From the NCBI GenBank assembly GCA_951406725.2, contig OX597819.1, positions 13,578,001 through 13,642,000 on the forward strand: a stretch of DNA of 64,000 nt, given 5' to 3'. Positions within the stretch are counted from its first letter, which is position 1. Each line of letters begins with the position of its first letter. Source of the DNA: Octopus vulgaris (lineage: Eukaryota). The position numbers and the translations under genes are program-made. Below, one piece after another: positions 1 to 11,407 of the stretch. The notes below the pieces were generated by a model. It did no database searches, was not told the DNA's origin, and was given only the letters and a program-made list of their open reading frames with translations.

Positions 1-59
1 TTCTTACCACACAGTCATGCTGCACCTGAATGTTCTTTAAAACCAAGGGGCAGAGTAAG

Positions 60-455
60 TTTTGTCCTCACCATCATCACCTCAGTGTCCATTTTGTTAG
101 CTGCCGGAGCCGGTCTTTTCGTGTCTACCCAACTGCCATTCAAAGCAGTCTTTTCTCATCTTCCTGAGGTCATAACTGCTTTGGATCTAAGTTTACCTCT
201 TCATCCCAAGCCTTTTTCGTCTCTCTCTTCCGTGCGTTCCATTTACTTTGAGCACACCCCCACCCATATCTATATGCAGTTTAACTCCCTCACCTCCATA
301 CCAATAGTCTTTCTTGCATTTTACATCTGATTCCTTCTATCTTCTCAGTCCTGGTGTTTATGCACCCTAGTATCACTTATCCAGTGGAGCATGCTCATTT
401 CATTTTCTCCTACCTTTGTAGATCCTCTGTGTTCAAAGCCCATGTATCAATACCA
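60..455 (-). mobile_element. RTE-clade LINE, decayed 3' end of ORF
   Basis: Minus strand translates with frameshifts to GIRCKMQER..WYG..KVNGTHGRERRK.AWDEEV, matching the RTE C-terminal RLRWYGHV...GRGRPKKTW pattern. Confidence 0.7.
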
Positions 456-501
456 TGTCCCAAATACACACACACACACACACACACACAGTAAATATAT
501 A

Positions 502-867
502 TCTCTATATATATAAACAGCAAAATGTCTGTGTGTGCGTGTCCTTTATACAAATCCACAATTTTTCAGTTAGAGGGCTCGCACTTTCTATGGTCATTGA
601 AAACCATCCAAGAGTGGTCGTGCACATCTTTACATTTCCCCAGTCACCCTGCAAAGCCACTAAAAAATCAATAGAAGTGACTTTTCTATGAATTTTCTAT
701 CCAAAACCCAATCAAAATGCCCGAAACTTGATACGCCAATTGAATGCCAGCTAGCTGTATGTGATTGGTCGGAGATTTGGACAGTACTCGCGTGTATGTG
801 CGCACGCACGCAGCTGTATATGCATGCACTAGCACTATGACCCGGCGTTGCCGGGTCATAGTGCTAG
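502..867 (+). mobile_element. Non-autonomous Helitron-like element
   Basis: Starts A|TC (atctctatatatataaa), ends with GC-rich hairpin cccggc-gtt-gccggg and CTAG|T; no TSD. Confidence 0.6.
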
Positions 868-889
868 TATGTATATATACATGTTGTGT

Positions 890-1122
890 GTAAGCTACTT
901 GGGTACTGTGCTGGTGCCATGTAAAAAGCACCTGTACATAGAAAGTGCCCAGTACATTCTGTAGAGTGGTTTGTGTTAGTATGAGCATCCAGCCATAAAA
1001 ACCATGCCAAAACAGACCATTGGGGCCTGGCACAGCTCTTTGACTTGCCAGCTCCTGTCAAGCCACCCAAACCATACCAGCATGGAAAACGGACATTAAA
1101 TGATGATGATGATGATGATGAT
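890..1122 (+). mobile_element. RTE 3'UTR-derived repeat (family D) with (GAT)n tail
   Basis: Degenerate tggtt..ttag..gcatccagc motif, ending ggacattaaat(gat)n. Confidence 0.7.
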
Positions 1123-1329
1123 GTGTTATGTTAAGAAGTGGTGCATGATACCAGAATTTTTGACTTGACTCAAATATAACAAACTACGTCGAATTGTTGT
1201 TAGGGTCTGCTCCTAAGTGGAGTCAAGACTGGCTGATTTCTCCTGGTATCAGGTCGTACTAGTTATAATAAAGTCAAAGCTAATAGTGATTTTGATTTCA
1301 TTATTACAAATATAAGATGAATGCATGTA

Positions 1330-2100
1330 TGTTGCCAAGGACATGCATTTAGTTGAAAGAAATGAAGCTAGTATGCTTTGCTGGATGTGCAGTGTCATTG
1401 TGCGTGTACGATAGAGTGTAAGCATCTCGAGAAAGAAGCTGAGCATAAGACGCATCAGATGTGATGTGCAAGAGAGACAACTGTACTGGTATAGGTTATG
1501 TGATGTGTATGGATGAGGACAGCTGTGTAAAGAAGCAACAATCTCTAACCCTTTTGTGTTCAGATTACTCTGTTAAATGTAATACTTTTTCACTCAAATT
1601 GTTTTGAATTAATCATGATATTCTTATAGCTTTGAGGTTTCAATGATGTGATTGTTTATTTTTAGAATGACATTGTAGGGTAGGTGTGAGAGGCTAGATA
1701 TTGCCAGTTTGAATATGAAACATGTGGAATATCTGGGCCTGATATGGCCGGTTTAAACACTAAAGGGCTAAATGTGGAGGGAACTTCTGGTAGAGGTATA
1801 CCCAGGAAGACATGGGACAAGGTGGTGAAGTATGATCTATGAATGTTGGGTCTCACAGAGGCAATGACTAATGACTGAGACCTTTGGTGATGTGCTGTGC
1901 TTGAGAAGCCAAGTGGAATTGTAGTTGTGGCTGATGCTGGTGTTAATTAACTGTCATGTAAAAAGCACTCTTGGAGTGGTTGGCATTAGGAAGAGCGTCC
2001 AGCTGTAGAAACCATGGCAAATCAGGCTTGAACTTGCTGCAGCTCTCCAGTTTCAGTGAAACCATCTAACCCAGGCCAACATGGAACGTTAAACGATAAT
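1330..2100 (+). mobile_element. RTE-clade LINE 3' fragment (ORF end plus 3'UTR), split by a MITE
   Basis: ERNEASMLCWMC..RIRCDVQERQLYWY..MDEDSCVKKQQSL / NVEGTSGRGIPRKTWDKVVKYDL with in-frame stops; followed by family-D UTR. Confidence 0.8.
1549..1767. mobile_element. piggyBac-like MITE with CTAA target duplication
   Basis: Ends cccttttgtgtt / aacactaaaggg; CTAA at 1545-1548 and 1768-1771; removal restores the RTE frame. Confidence 0.75.
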
Positions 2101-2288
2101 ATATTTGTGCATAGTGTACTTCTCTGGTGAACCAGCAATCAGTTATGTTCAGACAGTGTTACTAGTTTCTGCTTTAGTTACATCAGTCAACCAACCGGCA
2201 AACCAACCCCTTCCGCTACCCACACCATTTCTTTCTTTCTTGGATAATCTCACCTATCACCTGCCATTCACCTTGTTTCCCATCGTAG

Positions 2289-2325
2289 ACTTAGTTCACC
2301 GACAAAGGAACAAAACCATAGAAAG
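2289..2325 (+). CDS. Candidate internal exon (37 nt) of unidentified gene
   Basis: Pyrimidine-rich acceptor ccttgtttcccatcgtag; weak donor AAG|gttatt; open and phase-compatible with exon 10275 (LSSPTKEQNHRK or DLVHRQRNKTIER). Confidence 0.45.
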
Positions 2326-2656
2326 GTTATTGAAATCTGTGACTTCTTTACAATTTCTCTCACACCTCACCTCATTACTACCCTCCCATATCTACATACA
2401 TACATTTATATGCGTATTATATATTGATAATTCATTTTTATACTTTTTGAGATCTAGTTATATGTTTTATAAAAAAAATATGTATTATTTGTTATTTATG
2501 TATTGGTTTATGTCTATCACTGTTTGAGTTGAATAATAGTGGTTTTATCGCTAATTTATATTTTATATATTTATACTGTGAAATTTGATTTAATACTAAA
2601 TTTAATTTTTCCCTGTAAGTTTGGAGTTATACTCCCTAATATCATTATTATTATTA

Positions 2657-2720
<64 letters not shown>

Positions 2721-2776
2721 TAATTTTTTTTTCGTAATGAGATAAAATAGATTTTAGAACATTTATAGATAGGAAG

Positions 2777-2824
2777 GTCTTACAGCTGTTTCCAGGATAT
2801 TTATTATATCCCTTCATCAGAGAC
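2777..2824 (-). ncRNA. Minimal type-I hammerhead ribozyme, canonical core
   Basis: GUCU-CUGAUGA-a-GGGAUAU(aauaa)AUAUCCU-g-GAAA-CAGCUG-UA-AGAC: stems I and II pair, palindromic stem III, GUA cleavage triplet. Confidence 0.8.
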
Positions 2825-3259
2825 GATGTGAGAGGATGGTTAAGAAATAGTTAATTTAGATAAGATACAAGATAGAGAGTGAGGTGGAGGAAAGAAAATA
2901 GATGTGAGATATGTAGGAATATTGTATTTGTAGATCCATTTTTTTAGGCTGAATGGTATACATATAAGATTCCAATACCTTATGAGTAAAATCCAATAGT
3001 ATTTAAAATTGGTCATTCCAAGTATAGAGTTTATACACAGTGTTATTGAATCAAGGGTATATACACACTGACACATGACCAACGTTGAACCCTTTATTCG
3101 CATAATCACTTAACTATGGTCTATCTATAGCATTTATTCAGCATTAACTGGCATCTTTGGGTCTCAATGACACCATCACCTCTCATAATCTCTCTCTCTT
3201 CCTCTCTCTCTCTCTAACCACTATACACATTTTTTTCTCTCCTTGTTTTTTCTGTGTTC

Positions 3260-3295
3260 CTTTCTGTAGAAGAGCGTAGGCTCGAAACGTAAAAG
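3260..3295 (+). ncRNA. Hammerhead-like motif with A6U core, inside a short repeat (about 3215-3390)
   Basis: CUUU-CUGUAGA-a-GAGC(guag)GCUC-GAAA-CG-UA-AAAG. Confidence 0.6.
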
Positions 3296-3439
3296 ACTTT
3301 TTTTCTATTCCTGAGCGTTATGCTAATACATCTGTTTGTTTTGTACACGACCTGTCTTCGTCTTTTGTTTTTTTCGTAAACTCTCCCTATATATATATAT
3401 ATATGTACACACACACACACACATATATGTATATCTCTA

Positions 3440-3920
3440 TGCACAGGCGTGACTGTGTAGTGAGAAGTTTGTTTCCCAAGCACATGGTTGCAGATTCAGT
3501 CCCACTGAATGCCATTTGGACAAGTGTCTTGTACTATAGCCCTGGGCTGACCAAAGCGTTCTGGTGGATTTGGTAGATAGAAATTGAAAGAATCCCATTT
3601 GTGTGTGTGTGTATATTTATGTATGTGTGGGTTTGTATTTGTCCCCCACCACTGCTTGACAACTGCTGTTGGTGTGTTTATGTCCCTGTAACTTAGCAGT
3701 TCGGCAAAAAAAAAAAAAGTGATAGAATAACTACAAAGCTTAAAAAAATAAGTCCCTTTGTGTGTTTATGTCCCTGTAACTTAGCAGTTCGGCAAAAAAA
3801 AAAAAGTGATGGAATAACTACAAAGCTTTAAAAAATAAGTCCCTTTGTTCAGCTAAAACCCTTCAGTGCAGTGCTGCAGCATGGCCACAGTTAAACGACT
3901 GAAACAAGTACAAGATAAAA
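3440..3920 (+). mobile_element. SINE family A (tRNA head, CORE-like body, internal microsatellite) with internal ~87-bp tandem duplication
   Basis: Diverged family A head and tail; gtgtgtttatgtccctgtaac...agtccc repeated at about 3673 and 3760. Confidence 0.8.
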
Positions 3921-4333
3921 GATATACACGCGTGTGCGTACGCTATGATTGTTTATCCATAACTGACTTCTTCATAAATCTTTGACTATAGAAAAAGGTG
4001 TGGCACTCTTTTCTTTTGTTTAATCGTTTAAGTTGGCTTTTCTCAAGAGAAGTCGCAGTTTTCTCAAGACACTCGGCTTTGTGTTCTGATTATAATAGTT
4101 TACACTTAATTTCACACACACACATGCACAGTACCCTATATTCTGTTCCATGCAAATATAATTATTATCTAACATTTATTTTAATTTTGTGTTTCACATC
4201 AATTAGTAGGCTAATAGTGGATCCCCTTTAACAATTGAGATCCACCTCCCCACCCTGGTTGAAATCTTGGTTACACCCATACACAGTTCATTCACATACT
4301 GTCGTACATATACATATAACCCACAATTATATA

Positions 4334-5262
4334 CAAGGAGCTATCAAAAAGTTCCCAGACTAGTTATGTTTAATAAAAAAAATAACTTATTTACCTGAAT
4401 GTTAACCTAATCTCCTTTGAAATAGTCACCTTGCACACCAATGCACCAGCCTCGGTGTTCCTGTCCCTTTTGGAATCCACCTTGGAAGTCGTTTTCCATA
4501 AGCAAGTCGAGGACCTTCTGTGGTTCTCTCTGGATCTCGACAACGGTGTTAAAAAACGATAGCTTTTGATCTGCATTTTCTTCTTTGGAGAAGAGATGGA
4601 AGACTGCAGGTGCTGAATCTAGTACATAGGGCAGGTGTGGAAGGGATACCATGTTGTTTCTTTGGTGAGAAACTGATAAGTGAGAAGAACTCAATAATGG
4701 TGCATTGCCATTGTAAAGAATCCAGTTCTTTGCACTCCACAGATCTGGTCACTTTCACTGAATTTTCTCCCTCAGATGCTTCAAAATGTCACAGTAGAAC
4801 TCTCAATTGACAGTCTGGTCCCTGGGGGTGAATCCTCAATGCACAATACTGCATTTCCATGGGTGACACTCATGGCAGGTCTTCTAGATCGCTCATCATC
4901 TTCCAGAGACATTCTACTGCTTTTGAAATGCCTGTGTCCCTCAAAACATTGCATTACAACCCATTACCTCATCACCGTAAGTTTGCCAAAGCATGCTCAA
5001 TGTCTCTGCAGCAGACTTCCCAAGTTTAATGCAAAATTTCACATCAGCTCTTCATTCCTGTCCATGACAAAATCGCAGACTACAGCATTCACACGTGATC
5101 ACAGAAAGACAAATTTCACAACTTGCGAAGTAAACACAGCAATGTCACTCAGCACACTGCCCCATGAAGGTCACTGCTTGCTCTCACTGCGCAAGCAACT
5201 GTGTGCTGCCATCTGTTGGCATGCTACAGAACTAGTCCAGGAACCTTTTTGATAACACCTCA
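4334..5262 (-). mobile_element. Mariner transposon, deleted and decayed
   Basis: ~31-bp imperfect TIRs (caaggagctatcaaaaagttcccagactagt / actagtccaggaacctttttgataacacctca); HLPYVLDSAPAVFHLF...QGDYFKGD matches the mariner HPPYSPDLAP..F C-terminus. Confidence 0.85.
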
Positions 5263-5309
5263 TGCATACATACAGTGTGTATGTCTTGTAAGGTACTCGG
5301 TGACTCTGT

Positions 5310-6420
5310 CGGTGCCTGTGCCACGTAAAAAGCTCTGGTGCTGGTGTCATAAAAATCACCCAGTATATTCTGTAGAGTGGTTGGTGTTAGGAAGGGCATC
5401 CAGCTGTAGAAACCATACCAAAACTGACAATGAAGCCTGACATGGCTCCTGGCCTTACCCATGCTAACATAAAAAAATGATGATAATAATTAATACAGTG
5501 AAGTATGTACTGGTATACATGCGCCCATCTATGTACACATGTAAAGGTCTGTGTGTGTATGTGTTTATCATCATTGCCCTTTTTACATATATTTTTCCAT
5601 GATTTGTACATCATCATCATCATCATCGTTTAACATCTGCTTTCCATGCTGGCATGGGTTGGACGGTTTGACTGAGGACTGGCGAACCAGATGGCTGCAC
5701 CAGGCTCAATCTGATCTGGCAGAGTTTCTACAGCTGGATGCCCTTCCTAACGCCAACCTGTTACATAGATCTGCTCATGTCTTGTACCTTACTGTTTTTC
5801 ACAGTCCTTTGTCAGCTCCTGCCTGATCTCTGGTTTTCACCATAGATTCTCGTGTCTTCATCTGTATATGTCTTCCCCTTGAATTGTTCAGTCCTTCTGT
5901 ACCCAACTGTCATCCACAGAAATACATCAGATATCTGGAACCAACACAGTCTTCTCTTTTGCACACATCTCATTCCTTTCCTCCTACTCATCATCATCGT
6001 TTAATGCCCACTTTCCATGCTGGCATGGGTTGTGTGTTTTGACTGAGGATTAGCAAGCCGGGAGGCTGCACCAGGTTCCAATCTGATCTGGCAATCTTTC
6101 TACAGCTGGATGCCCTTCCTAATGCCAACCACTCCAAGAGTGTAGTGGGAGCTTTTTATGTGCCTCTGGCACAGGAGCCAGTCAGGTGGCACTGGCATTG
6201 ACCACACTCAAATGGTGCTTTTTACATGCCACTGGCACAGGAGCCATTCAGGCGGCACTGGGACTCAACTCACTTCTACTCTGTCACCTTTATGGATGAC
6301 TAATCCTACACATCCAATCAAGCATGCTTTTCCTCTTCCTCTCCACTCTTCACAAATCCTCTTCATTCAATGCCCTTGTTTTGCTGCCCTGTAATTTCAC
6401 ACTTCATTCACAATCCCTTT
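5310..6420. mobile_element. Cluster of family-D copies (5310-5480 +, 5610-5758 -, 5990-6265 -) and RTE-like scraps
   Basis: aggaagggcatccagctgtagaaa or its complement; (CAT)n on + strand for the minus copies. Confidence 0.7.
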
Positions 6421-6679
6421 CTTACTAACAGAGATAATTGTTCCCTATATCAGCTGTTTTCTTACTCAGACAACTATGATTTCAGGGACCAGCAACCTCC
6501 TCTGCTTATTAGGTCATTCACCTCCACTGTTAATTAGGTCACCTAGATAACAGAAGCTGTCAACTACTTTTATGGGGCCTTAGAAGTTTCTATAAAGGAA
6601 TTTCACAGGTATTCTTATTGTGAAGTGTGCTCCCTTAGTTTACTGTGTGTGTGTGTGGATATATATGTATATAAACTCA

Positions 6680-6900
6680 CCAGCACTGATTGTCAAGTGG
6701 TGGTGGGATAAACATATGCTCAGGCATGTGTGCACACACACACACACGACAGGTTTCTCTCAGTTTCCGTATACTAAATCCACTCACAAGGCTTTGGTTG
6801 GCCCGAGGTGATAGTAGAAGACACTTGCCTAAGGTGCCACGCAGTGGGACTGAACCCAGGACCATGTGGTTGGGAAGCAAGCTTCTTACCGCACAGCCAA
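6680..6900 (-). mobile_element. SINE family A, partial
   Basis: Complement of head and body: agaagacacttgcctaaggtgccacgcagtgggactgaaccc. Confidence 0.8.
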
Positions 6901-7641
6901 ACCTGGGATTGGTTAGTCACAGCTGGAACATCTTTGTTCCGAAATCAGCAAAGTAAGGGTTGACTGTTGGGGTTAAACAAGTGATTACAAACCCACAGAT
7001 ACCACCACAAAGTGGTTAGCAACATCCACCTTCAAAACTCAGATACAGACCTTCACACAAATGCACGCACAAATACACATTCACACACGAGTAAATGTGA
7101 GCACATTTAATTATTTACAAATTGTCACACACACACACACACACACACTCTCTCTCTTTCATTCACTCTTAGAAGAATCGCAATAAATGTTCCAAATTTA
7201 CTGAAGGGAGGATGAAGGGTCGGCGGGGTGTGTGTGGAAAGTCGAAAGGGTCCTCATTAGAAATGGACCAATTTATTGTTAAGGAGAGGAAAGGCAAGTT
7301 TGGCTCCTATCAACATGGCAACGCCTCGAAAGGGTTCCTCATTTCCTACAAATTTCTGAAAGGTGACGGGGGGGGGATAATAGTGGGTGGGGATTAAAGG
7401 GTCGGTACGGAGGAGAGGGGATAAGGGGGAGTGAGGTGTGTGTCTATCTTGGAGCGTGTTGTATTGGAGGGTACATACACACACAAGCAGCACACATCCA
7501 CATGTATACGCATACACACACAGGCACACATACTATAAGAAACATACACAACAAGGACAGTATTGAGGAAGAGTGTGAGGAGGCACTTAAAAATTGTTTA
7601 ACTCATAATATCACTTACTTTGTGTGTGAGATATCTCATTA

Positions 7642-7721
<80 letters not shown>

Positions 7722-7736
7722 CATTACTATCATGTA

Positions 7737-7776
<40 letters not shown>

Positions 7777-7834
7777 CACCATCATGTGTATGTATATATA
7801 TATGTATATCATCACCCATCATGTGTGTGTGTGT

Positions 7835-7988
7835 GGCTCTGTGATAAGTAGGTTGCTTACCAACCACATGGTTCCAGGTTCAGTCCCACTGCATGGCACC
7901 TTGGGCAAGTGTCTTCTACTATGGCCTCGGGCTGACCAAATCCTTGTGAGTGGATTTGGTAGACAGAAACTGAAAGAAGCCCATCGTG

Positions 7989-8025
<37 letters not shown>

Positions 8026-8256
8026 ATGTGTGTGTGTGTCTGTGTGTCTATATGTTTCTGTTTCTGTATTTGTCCCCCCAACATCGTTTGACAACCGATA
8101 CTGGTGTGTTTACGTCCCTGTAACTTAGTGGTTCGGCAAAAGAGACCAATAGAATAAATACTAGGCTTACACAGAGTGAGTCCTGGGGTGGATTTGCTCA
8201 ACTAAAAGGCGGTGCTCCAGCATGTCCGTGGTCAAATGACTGAAACGAGTAAAAGA
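7835..8256 (+). mobile_element. SINE family A
   Basis: Head, caccttgggcaagtgtcttc, internal (TA)n, tail ggcggtgctccagcatg. Confidence 0.85.
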
Positions 8257-8524
8257 GTGTGTGTGTGTGTAGTGTGAAATGAAAAGATTGTCTGAGGTTG
8301 TGAACTTGTGGGAGGTGTTTGCAAAGAACTTGAGTAAATGTGAGTGGGTGGTTGAGAGCGAGTGTGAGTGAGTGAGAGTGTGAGAATGAGTGTAGGAGAG
8401 AATGAGTTATATGTAGTAGTTGTAGTAGTAGTAGTAATATGAATATGAATACATGTATTTGAGGCAAGCGTGTGTGTATTTATGAATGTGACTGCAAGTG
8501 TATACATTTGCCTGTATCTTTTAT

Positions 8525-8870
8525 CTTTTACTTGTTTCTGTCGTTAGACTGTGGCCATGCTGGGGCAACACCTCAAATTTTTGTCAAACGAAGCAACCCC
8601 CGCACCTAGTTTTGCATCCTGGTACTTATTCTATTGGTGCCTTTTATTGTAAATGCACTAACGCTGGTGGTAGGGGACAAACTCACTCACACACATACAC
8701 ACACACACACATGATGGGCTTCTTTCAGTTTCCTTCTCCGAAATCCACCCATGTGGATTTTTGGTGGTCCAAGGTTATAGTGAGAGATACATGCCCTAGG
8801 TGTCGCACGGTGGGACTGAACCTGGGACCATGTGGTTGGAAAGCAAGCTTCTTACCACATGGCCATGCCT
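8525..8870 (-). mobile_element. SINE family A, diverged
   Basis: Reverse complement of family A; opposite orientation to the 7835 copy. Confidence 0.75.
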
Positions 8871-8961
8871 GTGCTTGTATGGGTGTCAGTGTGTGAATCT
8901 GTGTACTTGTCAGCATGTGTTGAGAGTGTGTTGTCATGTATGTGCTTGGAAAGAATGCCAA

Positions 8962-9266
8962 AATCCAACCAAAATGCAAATATATGGGAAACTACCACCT
9001 GTGTCATCTCTTGTGAAAGGTTGGAGAGTCCAGTTTGCTGGACAGTGTTGTAGAGCTGAAAAAGAGGTAATTTCTACTCTTCTCCTCTGGAAGCCATCTA
9101 CTCGCAATACCAGAGGGCACACACTCTCCTACACTGATGTAATCTCCAGGGATACAGGCATCCAGCAACAGGATCTCTGTAATGCCATGATGGACCGTGA
9201 AGTCTGGCGTAGCATGGTAAATTCCAATGTCTCGACCACGGTCGAACAATGATGATGATGATGATG
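8962..9266 (+). mobile_element. RTE/RTE-X-like LINE 3' fragment with (GAT)n tail
   Basis: NPTKMQIYGKLPPVS..VQFAGQCCRAEKE..LLLWKP..AMMDREVWR then TGA and (gat)n. Confidence 0.8.
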
Positions 9267-9384
9267 TGCTTGTGTTTATGCACAGACACACACACACACA
9301 CACATGCATGCATACACAGTTCATGGACAAATATCCCCCTCCACTCCCACCTCAAAAATTGTTATAAAAACCATTTCACAAATC

Positions 9385-9845
9385 ATCATCATCATCATTG
9401 TTTAACGTTCACTTTCTATGTTAGCATGGGTTGGATGGTTTGACTTGAAGACTGGCAAGCCAGCAGGCTGCACCAGGCTCCAATCCAATCTGGCAAAGTT
9501 TCTACAACTGGATGCCCTTCCTAACGCCAACCACTCCGAGAATGTAGTAGTGGGTACTTTTACGTGCCTCTGGCATGAGGGCCAGGCAGGCAGTTCTGGC
9601 AACAACCATGCTCAAAAGGTGTTTTTATATGCTACCTGCACAGGACCCAATCCGGTGGTACTGGCAACGACCACGCTCAAATGTTGTTTATCATGTGCCA
9701 ATAAGGCGATGCTGGCGACGAACACGCTCGGATGGTGCTTTTCACATGTTACCAGCATGGGAGCCAATCTGTGACCCTGACAACGATCATGCTCAGATGT
9801 GCTTTTAATGTTCCACTGGCATGAGTGCCAATCAGGCAGTACTCA
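9385..9845 (-). mobile_element. Family-D copy with about five internal ~55-bp subrepeats
   Basis: ggatgcccttcctaacgccaacc followed by repeated ctggcaacgaccacgctc..tgctttt-like units. Confidence 0.75.
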
Positions 9846-9859
9846 GACCTTCAGTACCA

Positions 9860-10080
9860 TTACTCCTGTTTATTTCTGGTTGTTCTGTGTGTTCACCATC
9901 TGTTCATATTGGAGCTTCCTGTGTGAATGCCAAGCAGTACAACATGTCATTTCCAAATTTCTGGCAGAATAAATTGCATCATGGTGCTGTTTTTCTCACA
10001 GACAGTGCCCAACTGACCCTACAATACTGTGTAGTCGACAAAATCAAAAACAAACGATGCACATGCACGAAGTTAAAGAT
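9860..10080 (-). mobile_element. Possible 5' relic of a Tc1/mariner-superfamily transposase
   Basis: Minus strand MMQFILPEIWK*HVVLLGIHTGSSNMN resembles a transposase N-terminus from memory; no TIR confirmed. Confidence 0.35.
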
Positions 10081-10143
10081 ATTAAATGGCAACAATTTAC
10101 CCATCACTTCCTGTATATGTGTGTTTGTGTGTGAGTATGGATT

Positions 10144-10189
<46 letters not shown>

Positions 10190-10274
10190 GCTGTACGGAT
10201 TTGTATGTATGTATGTATGTATGTACGTGTATATGTTGTTAATATCTTTTCTCTCTTGGTCTGCTTTGAAGCAG

Positions 10275-10325
10275 GGTTCTCAATGCCTTTGCAGGTCTTG
10301 TAAGACTGGTAGAATTGACAGAGTG
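10275..10325 (+). CDS. Internal exon (51 nt) of unidentified gene
   Basis: Acceptor ttttctctcttggtctgctttgaagcag; consensus donor GTG|gtgagt; reads GSQCLCRSCKTGRIDRV (phase 0) or VLNAFAGLVRLVELTEW (phase 2). Confidence 0.65.
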
Positions 10326-10646
10326 GTGAGTGCTGGCCCCGGGGTGGTAGACATGGTCTGCTGACAATAAAAAGAGACCTGAATGAGTCACAGGTGTCTC
10401 TGAGGCAGTGGCAAACAGCCGGACAGCTCTGAGAAGTAGGAGTCATAAATGATAGCAGCAGTAGAAAAGACAGAGGAGGCGTGTGTGGATGTAGTGTGCT
10501 GGGGAACAAATTTTATGCCAGTTGGTTAAGCAACAATTTTTCTGTTAGATGCCATTGCAGGATGTTTATACTCACACAAATATATATGTATATATTTGTG
10601 TGTATATGTATGTATTTTTTACACACAAACACACACACATACATTT

Positions 10647-11020
10647 AGGTGCAGGCATGGTTATGCGGTAAGAAGCTTGCTTCATGACCACATAGTTCCG
10701 GGTTCAGTCCCACTGCGTGGCACCTTGGGCAAGTGTCTTCTACTATAGCCTCAGGCTGACTAAAGCCTTGTGAATGAATTTGGTAGACGGAAACTGAAAG
10801 AAGCCTGTCATGTGTGTGTGTGTTTGTATGTCTGTGTTTGTCTCCCCACCATCACTTGACAACAAATGTTGGTGTGTTTACATCCCTGTAACTTAGCAGT
10901 TTGGCAAAAGAGACCAATAGAATAAGTACTAAGCTTACAAAGAATAACTCCTGGAGTCAATTTGTTCAACTAAAGGCAGTGCTCTAGCATGGCCTCTGTC
11001 AAATGGCTGAAACAAATAAA
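10647..11020 (+). mobile_element. SINE family A
   Basis: Full head, body and tail. Confidence 0.85.
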
Positions 11021-11045
11021 GGAATATATATATATATATATATAT

Positions 11046-11047
<2 letters not shown>

Positions 11048-11078
<31 letters not shown>

Positions 11079-11407
11079 GTTTAATGTCCGTTTTCCGCGC
11101 TAGCACGGGTTGGACGGTTCGACCGGGGTCTGGGAAGCCAGGGGCTGCACCAGGCTCCAGTCTGATATGGCAGTGTTTCTACAGCTGGATGCCCTTCCTA
11201 ACGCCAACCACTCCGCGAGTGTAGTGGGTGCTTTTTACGTGCAACCTGCACAGGTGCCAGGGGGGTCTGGCATCAGCCACGATCGGTTGGTGCTTTTAAC
11301 GTGGCACCGGCACGGAAGCTAGCCAAGGCAGCGCTGGCATCGGCCACGTTCGGACAGTGCTTTTTATGTGCCACCGGCACAGAAGCCAGTCGAGGCGGCG
11401 CTGGCAT
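11048..11407 (-). mobile_element. Family-D copy, CpG-rich (young)
   Basis: (CAT)n, ggatgcccttcctaacgccaacc, three subrepeats. Confidence 0.8.

Noticed and set aside
2105-2527. 140-aa ORF as a single-exon gene
   Set aside because: Non-ATG start and low-complexity tail; only the 37-nt internal segment has splice signals.
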